A stretch of DNA of 64,000 nt from Phoronis australis (lineage: Eukaryota; Animalia; Phoronida), in contig NMRA01000034.1 of NCBI GenBank assembly GCA_002633005.1, positions 705,766 to 769,765 of the forward strand. The letters run 5' to 3'. The notes beneath the pieces were generated by a model. That model worked only from the letters and a program-made list of their open reading frames with translations. It made no database searches and was not told the DNA's origin. The first letter of the stretch is position 1; the number at the start of each line of letters is the position of its first letter. The translations under genes were made by a program, and so were the position numbers. Below are positions 27,415 through 41,500 of this stretch, in pieces.

Positions 27415-30269
27415 TGCAACATGTTACAGTATGTGAAGTAGTGGATTATTTGGTCTTACCTGGTCAAATCATTTAGTTTTCTGTCATGAAAACTGCTGAA
27501 GATTGTTCAGTGTACGGTATCTTGGTCTCCTTTTCATGTGTGGTAATGAGCTTGCGATGCATGTATCATTCATAAATACTTTGGGATATATGTCCGGTCA
27601 ATCGTAAATGCAGTTGGCCCCTCTCACCTGAGCTTGTCTCTGTCCAACCTGTGTAAGTATAGTGCAGACAGATAACATCAGGTCAAGGTAATGCACACCT
27701 TGACATCAATTACGTTTTGGTTGTCATGGTGACAGGTGGTTAATATGTAATAGCATCTGGCTTGTGCTGGCATGGTGTGGTTGTACAGCTGATCAATGTT
27801 GATGGTCTTTGTGTGTAAATTGTAGGTAATTTTCAACTATATCTGGACCTGTTATTGGAGGGTTGTGACATGTTTTGATAACTGAACACACTTAAATTTA
27901 AACCATGCCAGAAACATTAAAAGAATAGTCAAAGACGAAGACTGAAACCTGTGTTGTCTATTCTTGGCATGTCTTGGCCTTGGAGGATGGGGAGGGGGGG
28001 GTTTGGTTGTAGTTGGAAAACTATGAGGCATTTATAAAGTGACTTCATAAAATGGTTCCATTTGTAGGGAGTCATTATGAAAAAAATTGCCTTTTCATTG
28101 AATCTTATTCTGGGAGCGCCACCCTTTGATAGAGGTTATAATTTCATAACCCTTTCCTTGCCAGGATTCCTGTGATGTAAACAGACCAACAAAGGGCTCT
28201 CAACTTGGTTTTGCATTCATTTCCCACTCCTACTGTCTCAGTACAGGTCGTTCGTGTTTGCTCAGTGGAAGACCATGCTGAACCACGAAGTAGACCCTTC
28301 ATCAGGCTGTTAACATCACTTTCTGTAGTTCCATGGTTAGTTCATATTCCCGAAGGTACAGTAATTAACATGCAAAATGTCTCTAGAAGATAACCAGGAT
28401 GTATTTACTGAAGGTACCTAACACAGTAACGGTTACCTGTGTCAGTAGTAGAGGAGATGATGGTTTATCAAAAACGAGTATTTTGTGGGTTAGGATACCC
28501 ACCTACCCTATTTAGAATGGATTCACTTGTTGAGTGGGTTCCTATGAAAGTGTTTGTATTTTGTTGAGTTTTGTTTCTAGAAACTTCACCCTCTTGAAGG
28601 AACTAACTCCATAAACCCAATCCCTTGGTAATGATTCTTGTCTAGCTATCTTTTTTGTCATTAAGCCTGAAACAGAAAATGAGTGCGTTTTCTGCAACCA
28701 AAGTTTTAAAACAAATTAAAAACTTTCCAATAGATTTTTGTAGTTAGACATAGTAAGCTTGTGTAGAGTGAGCTCCCAACGTGAACCCTTTGAAGGAAAT
28801 TAAATGAGAAAAGGCCTCTTTTTGTTGGAAAAGGGATCCTTTTGTTGGGAGACTGTTGGTGAAAAAGTCACCCATCTGTACAGCACATCCCATTTACCTC
28901 TGAGGTAAAATCTGTCCAATGAACAACTGAATGTGGCTGATGGGATTTTTTATGACCCCACAAAATATTTTATGGTCACATTTAGTCAGGGTACCTTCTG
29001 TCCATCTGGGTTGGCTGATGATCGTTTAAGAACAAAGAAAAAGATTAAAGTTGTTTATTTCGAATAAAATTCAAAATTGAGGTATTAACTAGTTTTTTAG
29101 TATAACTGCAAACATCAGATAAGTGCCTCCAACAAGTCCACGCTTGATGCGACTTAACACAGACCAAGGCGAGCTGAAATCTGCATGTTTTGTCATTTGG
29201 AATTTGGGCTTTTATGTTGGAAAATAGTGTAAAATACTCAGAAGATACTGATAGCATTCATATTGCAGAGTATTACAGTTATCTAGTAATTGTGGGAGAT
29301 TCTCTCCAATTTTGGGCAAAAATAATTGCCAAAATTTGTCTTTTCTCAATTTTCGAAGATTCTATCTTCATTGTTAAGGCTCTCAATTTCTTAACAAATT
29401 GTTTGATGATAGTTATGCTATAGAATTTAAGATGAATGACAAAAGTATTTATTTGGGACTATATTTTGTTTGTGACATGTACTCATGTTCTCAGTTGAAG
29501 CTAAGTGAAACAGATGTTCATGACTAGTGTTTGTTGTTCAAGCCTTGCACTTCATATGTCAGAATACTTCCATGCATTAGAGTACTGATTCAGAGCATGC
29601 TTTTCCTGTTGATATTGATTTTATTCACGCTACCAAGCAAGCATCATCAGTGTGGGGTCACTGCGGGTTCCCAGTGTACACCATCAACTGTCACAACACG
29701 CTATTGTCTAGTTAACCAGTATATTGCATGTGTATACCTGTGTAGGAAAATAGTACAATTGCTGGTGACTGATTTTCACTGGATCTGGTTGGAAGCCTCT
29801 CAAGAGTTGACTGAATGACTAGTCTTGCTTAGGCAGGGCTTGGGGTCTATTTGAGGATTGTGTGAGCTCTTCACCCAGTGTAAAGCAGGAGATAATGGCT
29901 CCAAGACGTGATTGTTAGTATGGTTTGTTGGGAAGCCTTTTAGAAAGTGTTTANGATATTTTACTATACCGTGTTCCTCAGGTCACAGATGATCGTTTTC
30001 ATTTTTTAGAGTCATCTGTTGTTCTTCTGCGATCTGTTGTCATAGTTTTCACTTTAGATGTGTCACAACTGAGTGTGGTAAACAGAAACACCACTTGATG
30101 CCCATTTCATCTGCAGTGCTACTGACAATTTTCAAATACATTGTGGAACAGTGACCTCACAGCTAACTTGGTGATGTGTGAACAATATGATGGAAAACAA
30201 TTGTATCACTTGAGCGCACCAAAGTCAAATAAATGAGTTCAGTGCTTTCGATGTGCCTACGTCTAAGTA

Positions 30270-31700
30270 ACCATTGACGGATTTACATGAAATTCGGTGA
30301 ACAGGTTTTTAATACAGAGGCATTGATGCCATTCTGTTTTCTGACGGATTCGATAAATTTTACGCCACCTTTTAGTTATTTTTGTGTCCGTTTTCTGGTG
30401 TCCGCCTCTCTATCTGCCATACCTCACTAAGAATCATTATAAAAATGAGAAGGCTATGACTGACTGACTTTCGGATCGGTGTGACTACTGTGTAGCCCCC
30501 TAGTGGAGATTTTCTTTTTTGCATCTGTGTCCGAATATCCTGAACCCTTTGAAGAAGCCTTGCAAAATTTGAAAGATGTATTCCTATGGAACCGTCGACA
30601 AATGGTAATGAGTGTCGAACTGATTCAGATACCGTTGTGCTCTCTAGGGCCAAAATGTTTTTTACGTTTGCGTGCTTCTTCGGATTTCAGCAATGTATTT
30701 TCATGAAATTCGGCAAATAGGTTTCTATAAAGGAGGCAACAACGCCTTCCTATTTTTGTGATCTTTGCATTCTGCTTTCTGCTTTGTACCTTCTTATCTG
30801 CCATACTATGAGGATCATTATGAGAATTTACAGATGTGTTCCTGATGAGAAGACCACGACTGGATGGGTCTGACTGCTGTATCGCCCTCAAGGGGTGATT
30901 TTTTGCATCTGAGTCCGAATCTCCTTAACCCTTTGAAGGAGTTTTGTGAAATTTTAAAAATGTGTTCTTATGTAGCTGATGACAAACAATAATAAATGTC
31001 GAACTAATTCAAATACCACAGTGCCACCTATTGGCAAAATGATTTTTACATTACATCTGTGTCTTCGGAGTTCATGAATGCATTTTCATGAAATTCAGCT
31101 GATAGGTTTCTATTAAGGAATCCACAACGGCTTCCCATTTTTGGACAAATTTGATGTTTCCCGCACCAGCTGATGGCCATTTAAACATTTTTTACTTATT
31201 TCTTTGACGTCTGCCTCTCTGTCTGCCAAACCACTCAAAAGACGATCACCAAAATTGACAGTTGTGTTCCTGATGCAAAGAACCGGCTAATGTTGATTTT
31301 TCGGATGTTTTTGACTATTCTGGTGCTCTTTAGGGGAAATTTTGCTTTTGTTCATCTACGGCTGTATCTCCTTAACCCTTTAAAGGATCTTTGTGAAATT
31401 TGACAGATGGGGTTCTATAGAGATGACAACTGATGGCGACAATTTTCAGACCAAATGGATTATAGCTGTGCCCCCAGGTGGCAATTGTTGTTTAGGTTTT
31501 GCCTCTTTATCTTATGAGTTCCCTGACTTATTTTCTTAAAATTTGGCGAATAGTTGTGTTTTACGGAGATGACGCTACCTTCTCAATTGAGATGGGTTGA
31601 CGCATTCTGCGCATCTAATGGCCATTTTTATGATACTTAAACATCCATAGAAGCACACTGTTTTCGGTGCTATCGTGGGTGCATTTCAACTTTCCGCGTT
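30270..31700. repeat. Diverged internal tandem repeats (~385-450 bp, ~3.5 units), possibly a Helentron/HINE-type element
   Basis: catgaaattc.g at ~30286, 30702, 31087; ct(g/t)aacccttt at ~30540, 30925, 31371; element class is an inference. Confidence 0.6.
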
Positions 31701-32359
31701 GTTGTTTGATGAAGTATCAAACCAGAACCACAAAATCTCCTGAACATAATCCATTTTAACGATGTAAGATTTTAGCATACATTATGACGCAACGCCATGT
31801 TCACTGCACCTTGCATTCTTCTGTAAAGTGCCGAAAAATCATTGATTTGTGTTTCCATTTTGAACCTGCAAAAACTAGTCTTACATAAAAAACACTTTTG
31901 ATTTACAGAAGACCATATGCTGTTAAAAATAATTCTCAACTTGTTCTTTTCTCATATAAGAGGTCACTCCAGTGCTTGGAGAGCATTGACAAATTGTTAT
32001 TTCTGGTGAGCAAGATCAATAATGTGGCTTCTCTCTGCGATTATTTTTTGCACCGAGCATCGTTTTAATACTTGAACTGTCATTTTTTTTTCCAAGCCTA
32101 TAAATCACTTCTCACCTGAGTAAGAGGCCAAACTGAGACCAGCTTTATAAAGCTGAGTGGTCTGAATCGAAAGTTTTTCCTTTGAGGGAAGGCAGTTTTA
32201 TAATAAGTTTAAGTAACTAAAGGATTTCTTTCTTGATATTTAGGAAATGATTTTTTCTTGAATTTATTTCACTTCTGATGAGATGTTCATCTGATCATTT
32301 CAAATCTTGTCTAGTTTGTATCAAGTGTGGTAAATGTGCTGTCCTAACTTCCCCCACAG

Positions 32360-32568
32360 TTCAAGTTTGCTTACCCCATCGACCGTGTCCTCCTTGTCGT
32401 CGGCTCGCTATTTGCCATCGTCCACGGTGGCGCCATGCCATTCTTATTCGTCATCTTCGGCCAAGTTGCTGACACATTTGTACAGGCAGAAAAGTTTGAC
32501 AGTTTCCTGGTTTATTACAATGTGACAGAACTTCGGGGAGCCGCTCTTGCAAATAAAACATATTTCAG
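32360..32568 (+). CDS. ABCB1: ABCB1-like exon 1 of those identified (elbow, TM1, start of ECL1)
   Basis: cacag|TTC...TTCAG|gtaacc; [40 protein letters not shown]...NKTYF; absent from the ORF track. Confidence 0.92.
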
Positions 32569-35500
32569 GTAACCATTGCCTTTCTTCTGGTTATGCTTTA
32601 GTAATTTTGTACAAAAGTCCTATTTTCATTTGTCAAAGACCTTGATACAGGCAATTCAAAGGTAGTCACTTATTATCTGATTGTCTTATGGTAGCAATAA
32701 AAGTACAAGCGACACAGGTAAAATGTATAATGTTCCTGTTCTTTTTGCGTGCAATTGCTGTAATAAAATTCCTATTCATTTGTTTTTATAGCTTGGTCTT
32801 AAAAGGACATTTAATGGTTTTATGGCCTAAAATACATCTTTGTGATAATTGTGGGATGGAATAAAATTATGAATTTTTATATCTTTGACCAGAGCTGAAA
32901 AATAACAAAATCTGTCTGTTTTTTGGCTATTCTTGCTGTTGTCTGCCAGTCATTTGCTGAAATCGAGGCTGGTGACTTAACCAGTTAAATACTCTGTTAT
33001 TTATCAAGTGGGATTTCGCTACCACAGGATTTGCAGGTTCAGTTTCACGCTGAGCTTGATCTTGGAAAATCTCTTTTCTAGCTGATAATGGCCCTTTAAA
33101 CAGGTCAAGTTTGTTCGTTGTAGGTCGTTGATCGAGTCGTTGAACGCCACCCGGTGCTACTCAGTGGAGAATCTCAGTCCTCCGTCAATCACTAGTGAAA
33201 TGGGAAACTTTGTGGTATACTACATAGGTATGACAGCAATGCAGTTTGAAAATGTTCAATTTGAGAGGAGGGCTTTTTTATTGTAAATGTGTTTAAGCTA
33301 TGTAGAGCCTTACCAACTGCCTGTGGATTAAGCCAAGTCGATGCTCCCAGTACAAGGCCATGGCTTATTATTTGAATATAAGGCCATGGGAGATAAGATG
33401 CCGTGGCCTTATATTCAATATTTTATAGTCTGTGCACATCTTTCTTTTTCAGGCCTTGCCTTCTTTGTGATTGTTTGTGGCTACTTTGAGAATGCTTTCT
33501 GGAGTCTGGCTGCTGAGAGACAGACTCGTCGTATGAGGCTGGAGTTTGCTCGCTCGGTCATGAGACAGGAAATCGGCTGGTTTGACTCCATAGAGGCTGG
33601 AGCGTTGAATTCTCGCCTGGTCGAGTGAGTGCAACTGTTGCTAGGAAGTTATATTTTGGTTGTACAACTAGAAGTTATCACACAGCACTTTGTGTGTGAC
33701 TTAGTGTTTTCCACTTACCATATACTGTATATGACGAGCACTAAGGCTCATGTGTTCATTTGCTATCATGTATTTTGAATTATTTTTACCTAGAGACACG
33801 TATGTCTAAGCTTCACATATAAGTTCAGGCTTGTGTGCACTGTCTTCAGTGTTCAGATAAAGGTCTTGAATACAGCTATTCTAGTACTATTTTTTTCATT
33901 CCAGTGACATTGCCAAAATTAGTGATGGCATTGGCGAAAAGATCGGGATATGCTTTGAATATGGAGCACGCTTTATTGTTGGCATGTCAGTCGCATTCTA
34001 CTTTGGTTGGGAGCTCTCACTCATCATCATGTCAATGAGTCCGGCGTTGATGATCGCCATAGCCTTCATGGGCAGGGTAAGCGTCATTAGGTCCAACGAT
34101 CTCATGGAATGTCCAAAAAAAGTATTGAATATGCATTGGAATATGGGTTATTTTGCTTGAAACATATTTGTATTGGTGCAGAGTGTAGATACCTTCTAAA
34201 TGTATAAATATTATTGCTTTAAAACCACCATCTTTAACACGGTTTTTGTCCCCTGCCGTGCGTTAGCGCAAACCGGGGACACAGTATTCACGACCTTTCT
34301 TCTGTGGGTCCATACTTAAACCAATTTTGTTGATGACATATCTCAAGAACTAATGTTCAGATTTTGTTCATGTATTAATTTGTTGTAAGTGGAGCAACTC
34401 ATGAGGTCAGTTTGACTTTAGTGTCCTTGGCACCATTTTTGAGGTCACGCCGAGAAAATCAAGTTTTGATTTGGGAAAATGTTGTAGACAGCATGTATTG
34501 CCTGAGTGTTCTATAAATTTAACTATTTCCAATATCCATGAACTTAAACGAGAGGCCAAGAATTTGTTATGAAGGTTTGTTTGAATAAATTGAGTATTTC
34601 CTATTGTTGGGTATAAGAATTCATACCGGGAATTTCCAAAAATAGCTCCATGGAAAGCAACCTTTCAAAAATGTCAAATGAAACCGAATGTATGCTCAGG
34701 CGTATTTTTGCATAAAGGGGGCGTATTTTCAGAAAAGGGAGGCATATTTTGGGAAACTGTATTTAAAAGAACCCTTCCTACTTGTACCATTGATTACCAA
34801 CAAAGCCACTCAATATCTCATTAAATGATGGTCAGTTGAGTGAAATCGCGATTCCAAGATATAATGCACCGTCAAAATGAACATTTTGCATCAGAATATA
34901 TTACTTAATATACGTATTTCAGAACAATCCATCAGATTTTCATGGGTGTACATTTGGGTTAGCCTGTTTTCAGAAATTGTCCTTAGGTATTCAAAAGGTG
35001 AAAAATGTGTTAATCAACACTCACTGTTCTTACACCCATACTGAGATTTTGTTATTACATGGGTTTGTCCTTCAAGGTTTGCATCATTGATTTTTAGCAT
35101 GTAAATTAATGTTGTAGATAATCCGTAGAATGACAGTTGGTGAACTGCAGGCATACGCCAAGGCTGGGGCTATTGCTGAGGAGGTGTTGAGTTCTATACG
35201 TACAGTCATGGCATTTGGTGGGGAAATGAAGGAGTGTGATAGGTATGGTTGGAGGCATGGGGATAAAGGGATGTATCATCTGCTGTACAAATTAAGGAAT
35301 GTGATAGGTTGCGTTGGAGGCAAGAGGCTGGAAGGGTGCGTTGTCTGTTATACAAATGCAGAAGTGTTAGAGGTAGGGTTGAAGGCAAGAGGCTGGAAAG
35401 GTGCGTTGTCCCAGTTTTGAACCTGGCTCGGGACAGAGATCATTTCAGACTTAACTCTGAGTCACGTGATGCTTTTGAATGGCGTTGTTGATATCCACCT

Positions 35501-38500
35501 ATGTTAATTCTCCACTTTTTTGCACCAAAAATAATTATCACTTTCCATTTTTCAAATTTAAGCGGATACCACACCTTACAAGAACCTCGTCGTGCACGCA
35601 AGAGACACTTTGAATTTTACTTACACTACTTCTGTGCAACATGTTACAACACATGTAATAGACATGCACACATTAGCTATTGCATCATCATAAACAGTTT
35701 ATAACGGAGCATTAAAAACTTGTTGATGTCTCAAACGATGTGGCACGAATGACGTTCAAAGTCTCGCCTCAGGCTATTCAGAATGGCAATACTCACTATG
35801 ACCAATGAGCTACACCAGATATTGCTCAATGGAATGTATAGCTATACATTTACCAGTGCTGTGAATTAGTTAACAAACAAGCCAACAGGTGGTCTACTGT
35901 TACACAAAGACTGATTGCCTTCATTGCAAATAATGGTAATTTTACCAAATGTTGTTTTATGATATCTATGCACTACACTACATGCTTGTAATACACTAAA
36001 GTGTTCTTAATCTTTACATTTCTGTTGAAATTCAAGAAAATAGAATTCCACTTGTCAGCCATATTGTGTGCTAAATATGTGAAGACTTATTGTAATTTGA
36101 CATTTTGCAGGTATGAGAAAAATCTGATATTTGCCAAGAAGGCTGGCATTAAGAAGGGTCTGACCAGGGGTGTGGGCATGGGAGTCTTCAATGTGGTCCT
36201 GTTCTGCCAGTATGCCCTAGGGTTCTGGTACGGATCTCGGCTGACGTATTTACAGTGTGAGAACTACACGGCTGGCACGATGTTCACGGTGAGATTGAAG
36301 GGAGATGCAAGGCCTGGTCATGAAGGAAAAATTAAATGAATTGTCTAGCTGGGCAACATCACCTCATAGTGGAAGTCATTGTAATTTAATATAGCCAATC
36401 AGAAGACAGAACTATCAATGTTCATTACGGCATTTTCCCGTTGCTCCCTACTTGTTTGATTCTGTAGCCCAACAACAAGTTGGGAAGATGACCCCTGCAG
36501 CCAATATCTTACACGGCTTTCTTTCAGGGTTGGAGGGCCAGTTCTCTTTTGTTCGATAATTGCTCTAATCTCCAATAAGGTCATATCTAGCCTGACTGGG
36601 CTGGGCTGTTGAAAACAAAAGTTAAGTTATAACATATTTGAACATAACCAATAGCGTTTCTGAATTTCTCATCAAATGCTGATCATGTTTAGTTTTTGAA
36701 TCACCAAAATCGCCCAACTACAACCAAAGTTATGACAATCTATTCTTTCCGAACGCTCTGGGTTTGACTGAGTTCACACGTCATCTGTAATAAGCCTAGT
36801 AGTAATTGACCTACCTGTTGTCATACCAGACAAAAGACTGCTTGGCAGTTAACAAAGAAGCTAGATGTTATCACACGCTCACAACCCTCTCCGTCTGGTA
36901 AAGCCACTAAATGGGAGAACGCTGTTATATTGCGTAGTTTTTGTTGAAGTTTAGATTGTATGACCTCTAGACCTGCCTAGTGCTTAGTTTTCAGAACAGT
37001 ATTGCAGAAAAATATTTATTTGTTAGAATTTTGTGAGAGAGTTATTCGCAGAAGATTCTTGTGTTTGTATTAGTCAATGTTTAAGTGCCACTTACAAACA
37101 GACAAAATAGTAAACATAAAAGGCATACTATGAGGGACATTTGTAAGTTGCGGGTTCATTCTTTGTCTGACCCACCTTTTTCTGAAAATGTTTTGTTCAG
37201 TATTTCTTTATCTCCATGTTTGTTTTGCGAAACATAATTATTATATGTATATGCAATATAATAAAAGAAATATAATGGGGTTATACATAAATTTAACTCG
37301 ATTGCTGGACAAAAATCTTTAACTACTGCTTCCTCATACAATTGCATTCTAGGTACTGGTACTTTTTGACAGTGCGTATTTATGAATGTTGAATTCTTGT
37401 TCTAGAATTGTAAGGAACAAAGCAAAGTCTGCTTCCTGTTTCTTGTTTATTCTGTTATTTGAAGTAAAAAACTTACATTGATAAAGGATCTAGTTTGTTG
37501 TTGTTGCAACACAGACACTGTCTCAATTAACAAGTGGTCTCATTTCAGGTATTCACCAGCATACTCATTGCATCCATGTCTTTGGGTGCAGTGGCTCCGA
37601 CCATCGCCGACTTCGCCACAGCTCGAGGGGCGGCCTTTGAAGTCTTCAAGATTATTGACCGGGTGAGATTCATGCATTGCTGAATTTATTGTTGCGGGTG
37701 GCAAATGTCCACTAATCGTTTGCGCTGGCTTGAATAACTAGGTCTTCCATAGCCGCGCTGTTCACCCAAATTGTAACAAGTTTCCGTTTGTTTGTGTTAT
37801 TGAGTTTGAGTTCAGTAGCATGACTGAGAAAGAGAGTCCAATAGTGTACAGCATAGGGATTATTTTTACATAAATATTAAGCATACACACTAGCTTAACA
37901 CAGAAATTGAGTTGACATTATATCTGGGCAATAGGTACACCATGCATCAATAAATTATTAAAATGAAGCATTACATAGCCATGTATGAAGATTTATGGGC
38001 ATTTAGTTACACCACGTACACAGTCGAGTAATTATTGAGTGAGATGAAGGTTTGGGCCCATTGCTGGAACCACCTCACTTATATTTGGCTAAGTGGTGTT
38101 TTCTTGTTCTTAATAGGCTTAATGAATGTTGCTGTCTGCTTTGTCATACACGGCTACCTATTTAAATTATAACAAAACTGATTTGATAATGACATGATAC
38201 CCATTGGAAATTTTAAAACGTAAATCGACATTGTCGTTGTGATTTTCTGATATCAGCCTTGGCGCAGAATCGAACCTGCATCCCCAGAGTTTTTTGTAAA
38301 ACTCTTTAGTGCCTGAGGAGGTCGTGTTTTCTCTGCTGTATAACATTGTCCTTCTGTTTTCAGAAACCTGAAATTGACAGTAACTCGGAAGAGGGTAAGA
38401 AGCCCGAAAAGGTGGAGGGTGTCATTGAGTTCAGACACGTGTCCTTCGCGTATCCAACTAGACCTGAGGTTCAGGTAGGAGTGATTGTGCATTTGTAACG

Positions 38501-41500
38501 TGTATGATCATAAATTAAGTGGGAAAGCAACATTTTTTGATGTTAAGTTAAAAACACATATCCCTGTTGTTTTGGAAATAAGTCATGGTTTTTCCATACT
38601 GTTCCCCTGGCGTGTATTTACGATTTATTGCACAGTAGAAAGTGACGTAAATGGCCTGACAGAGAACCTGCATCTGGGTTTTGTATTCACTTCCTTTGAG
38701 GCTACGTATTGTCCTACTTCTGTTGAACGCAGTCTGTGTAGGTCATCTGTGTTTGGAGAACCAAGATGTGGTCCCTCTGTGGGACTGTTTACATGACTGT
38801 CTATTGTGCCATGGATTATTCATACTTGCTAGGGGAACACTAATGAACGTTCTTGCACCAGCCACAATGGTGTTGCGCCCATAATATTGGGATGAGACTT
38901 TTGTCCTGAAAATACCATTTGCATGTTAATGTAATGCGTAGTGTTATATACAGTAACTTTGTTTCTGGTATTTAAGAACTGCAGCAGCTATTACCTGCTG
39001 GTTGGGCTATTTTGGGTTCTGTGACAGCAACTACTGTAACATCAGTTTGTTGTTCTGTACAGGTGATGAGAGATTTCAATTTGAAGATATCCCCAGGCAA
39101 GACCTTGGCCCTGGTGGGTCCCAGTGGCTGTGGTAAGAGTACTACTGTACAACTACTGCAAAGATTCTATGACCCGTTGTCAGGGGAGGTAAGTTTTGGT
39201 TGTTGCAACATCTCGAGCATAGAGGATTTCTTCCATGGAGATTCTGATGGCAATGTGAGACTATTTCTCTTGTTCAATAGTCTTCAAACAAAACTTCTTT
39301 TCAAAATTTTACGTCTTTGTTGTATCTTGGTTGAATATTGTTTCCTGGTGGGTTGTTTTGAATTTTTCATGCTATCTATTCCATGTCGTGTGATGGCTCT
39401 GTGGATTATTTTGACAATTTTTCTTAGGCTAAAAGGATGTGTTGATTTTAAGATATCAGTTCTAAAGCTTAGCATAATAAATGTTCCTTGAAATTTTCTT
39501 TGTTTAACGCTCCTTTGGTAATGTGAGTATTACAGTTCTATTCAGTGGTGAGTGTCAGGTTTTCATATAGTTTTGTGACACGTCACGAATAGTCAAGTTT
39601 TGAAACGAGACAAGTTAACACTTCTTGTTTTCTTTGTTTATATTGTGATGGAGCTCGTTTGTGTTTTCTGAGCTTTAATAATAAATCGATTCATTCTCAT
39701 CTTAGGTCGAAGAAAATGTCATAATTGGTTCTGGTCTGCTGTTTTTGAAATGCATGCCTCAATGTTTAAAGGCAATAACGCTCACCCGCATCACATTTAT
39801 GGAAGTTTTTTATTTCGAAAGCTACTCAAACGTTTCTAAGATACTTCTCTAACAAAAAGACATAGCAACTTAGCAACAGTTGCACCTTTTGTGGCCGTAA
39901 TCGATTGAGAATAAGTTCCGAAAACATATAGCATGGTTTCGAGTTGTAGCCAGCCCTTTCTTTAACCCCCGGTCAACTAGAAGGCAGTCTACTGTATCGC
40001 TGGACTGCCGTAGCTGGAAAAAAGATCCTGCACTGTCTCTGGTCATATCAAGTGACTTTTTAGAAAATATGCAACTACAAAAAATACTTCATTACTGCAT
40101 GGGTTCTCAAAAAACACAGATCAAAACCAATTAGAATTTTTGGCATTACTTTACCATGAAGTTGGCCATTTTTGAGCTGCCAAAGCTGCGCTCAAGACTT
40201 TGGTAGGCTACCAGATTATATTTTCTTGTGTAGCACCTGGTACCTATTGTAGTGTCACTTATTTTTGAAATTGACTGTAGTCTTTGCTCACTGTTTAAAT
40301 TCCATTCTTCAATACTCCCAGGTGCTGATCGATGACAACAATGTCCGTGATCTCAACATCCAGTGGCTAAGGGCACACATTGGCATCGTCTCCCAAGAGC
40401 CCATACTGTTCGAGACCACCATTGAGGAGAACATTCGCTTCGGTAACCCCGGCGTAACGGATGAGCAGATAATGGAGGCTGCTAAGATGGCTAACGCTCA
40501 TGACTTTGTATCTGGGCTGCCCAAGGTACAGGGCTTGGGGTTTGGTCCATTATTGTTTAAGAATTGTCATGACGTCACTATTGCAATTCTATTCTATTGA
40601 TTAACTTTTAATTTCTGCAGTGTTATGAGGTAACATTCCACGTGCTACATTGTGAGAAAACAAATTAAAATGTCTTTTGAACCAATTTCTAATTCTGATG
40701 TGCAAGAGCGGCTGAGTTGACGTGGTTGACGTGCAGTTTCCTCCTTTCATAGACATTTTGAGATGGACATTTTTGTGTGAATATTCCACTTCACAACAGT
40801 GGCAACTGATGACATGATTGTTGCAAAGAACATTTTTTTATAAAGTACTGGCAAATATCTCACAGTGTTAAATCCTTATAATAATGCGAAATGCTGTTCA
40901 ATAGCTATTTAATCCAATTGTCGCATGCACCAGAAAACCATGCTACCCCCTGAGGAGGAGTGAGCTTTGAAAAGTCCTGAAACATTCAGTCTATTGTTGC
41001 TACTGTCTGTGTCAATAATCACTTCCCGGAATACTGCAGCCACCTCTCTGATTCTGCAGTATTTACCCACAATGCTGCACTTCTGTAGAGTACCCATCTC
41101 GTAACTTTATACTACTGCACTGCTAAGTACTATAATAGTACTTTTACATTAAGATTACGTTTGCCAACGATCACCACCCTGATGTTGGTTAAATGGGAAA
41201 TAATGCTAATTACTTATAACATTTTGATAATTATGTACAATAATGTTTTATGCACCTTCTCCCTTTTAAAGTGGTTTTTTCATTTAAATATTCTGGTTTT
41301 AAATGTTCTTACTTCTGTTGCTTGTTATGCTGTGTAATGTCTCTGCATCTGTGTGTCTAACCGTAATAGTTTGAATTGTAACATGTGTTGCTGTATTTTA
41401 TTAAGAAATACAAGACCCTAGTCGGTGAGCGTGGCGCCCACTTGAGTGGCGGCCAGAAGCAGCGTATTGCCATTGCCAGGGCTCTAGTGAGGGACCCCAA

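Noticed and set aside
28247-28490. Candidate first exons (VVRVCSVEDHAEPRSRPFIRL; MYLLKVPNT...SILW|gttagg)
   Set aside because: The first has no GT donor in the required phase; the second does not resemble a P-gp N-terminus and has no other support.
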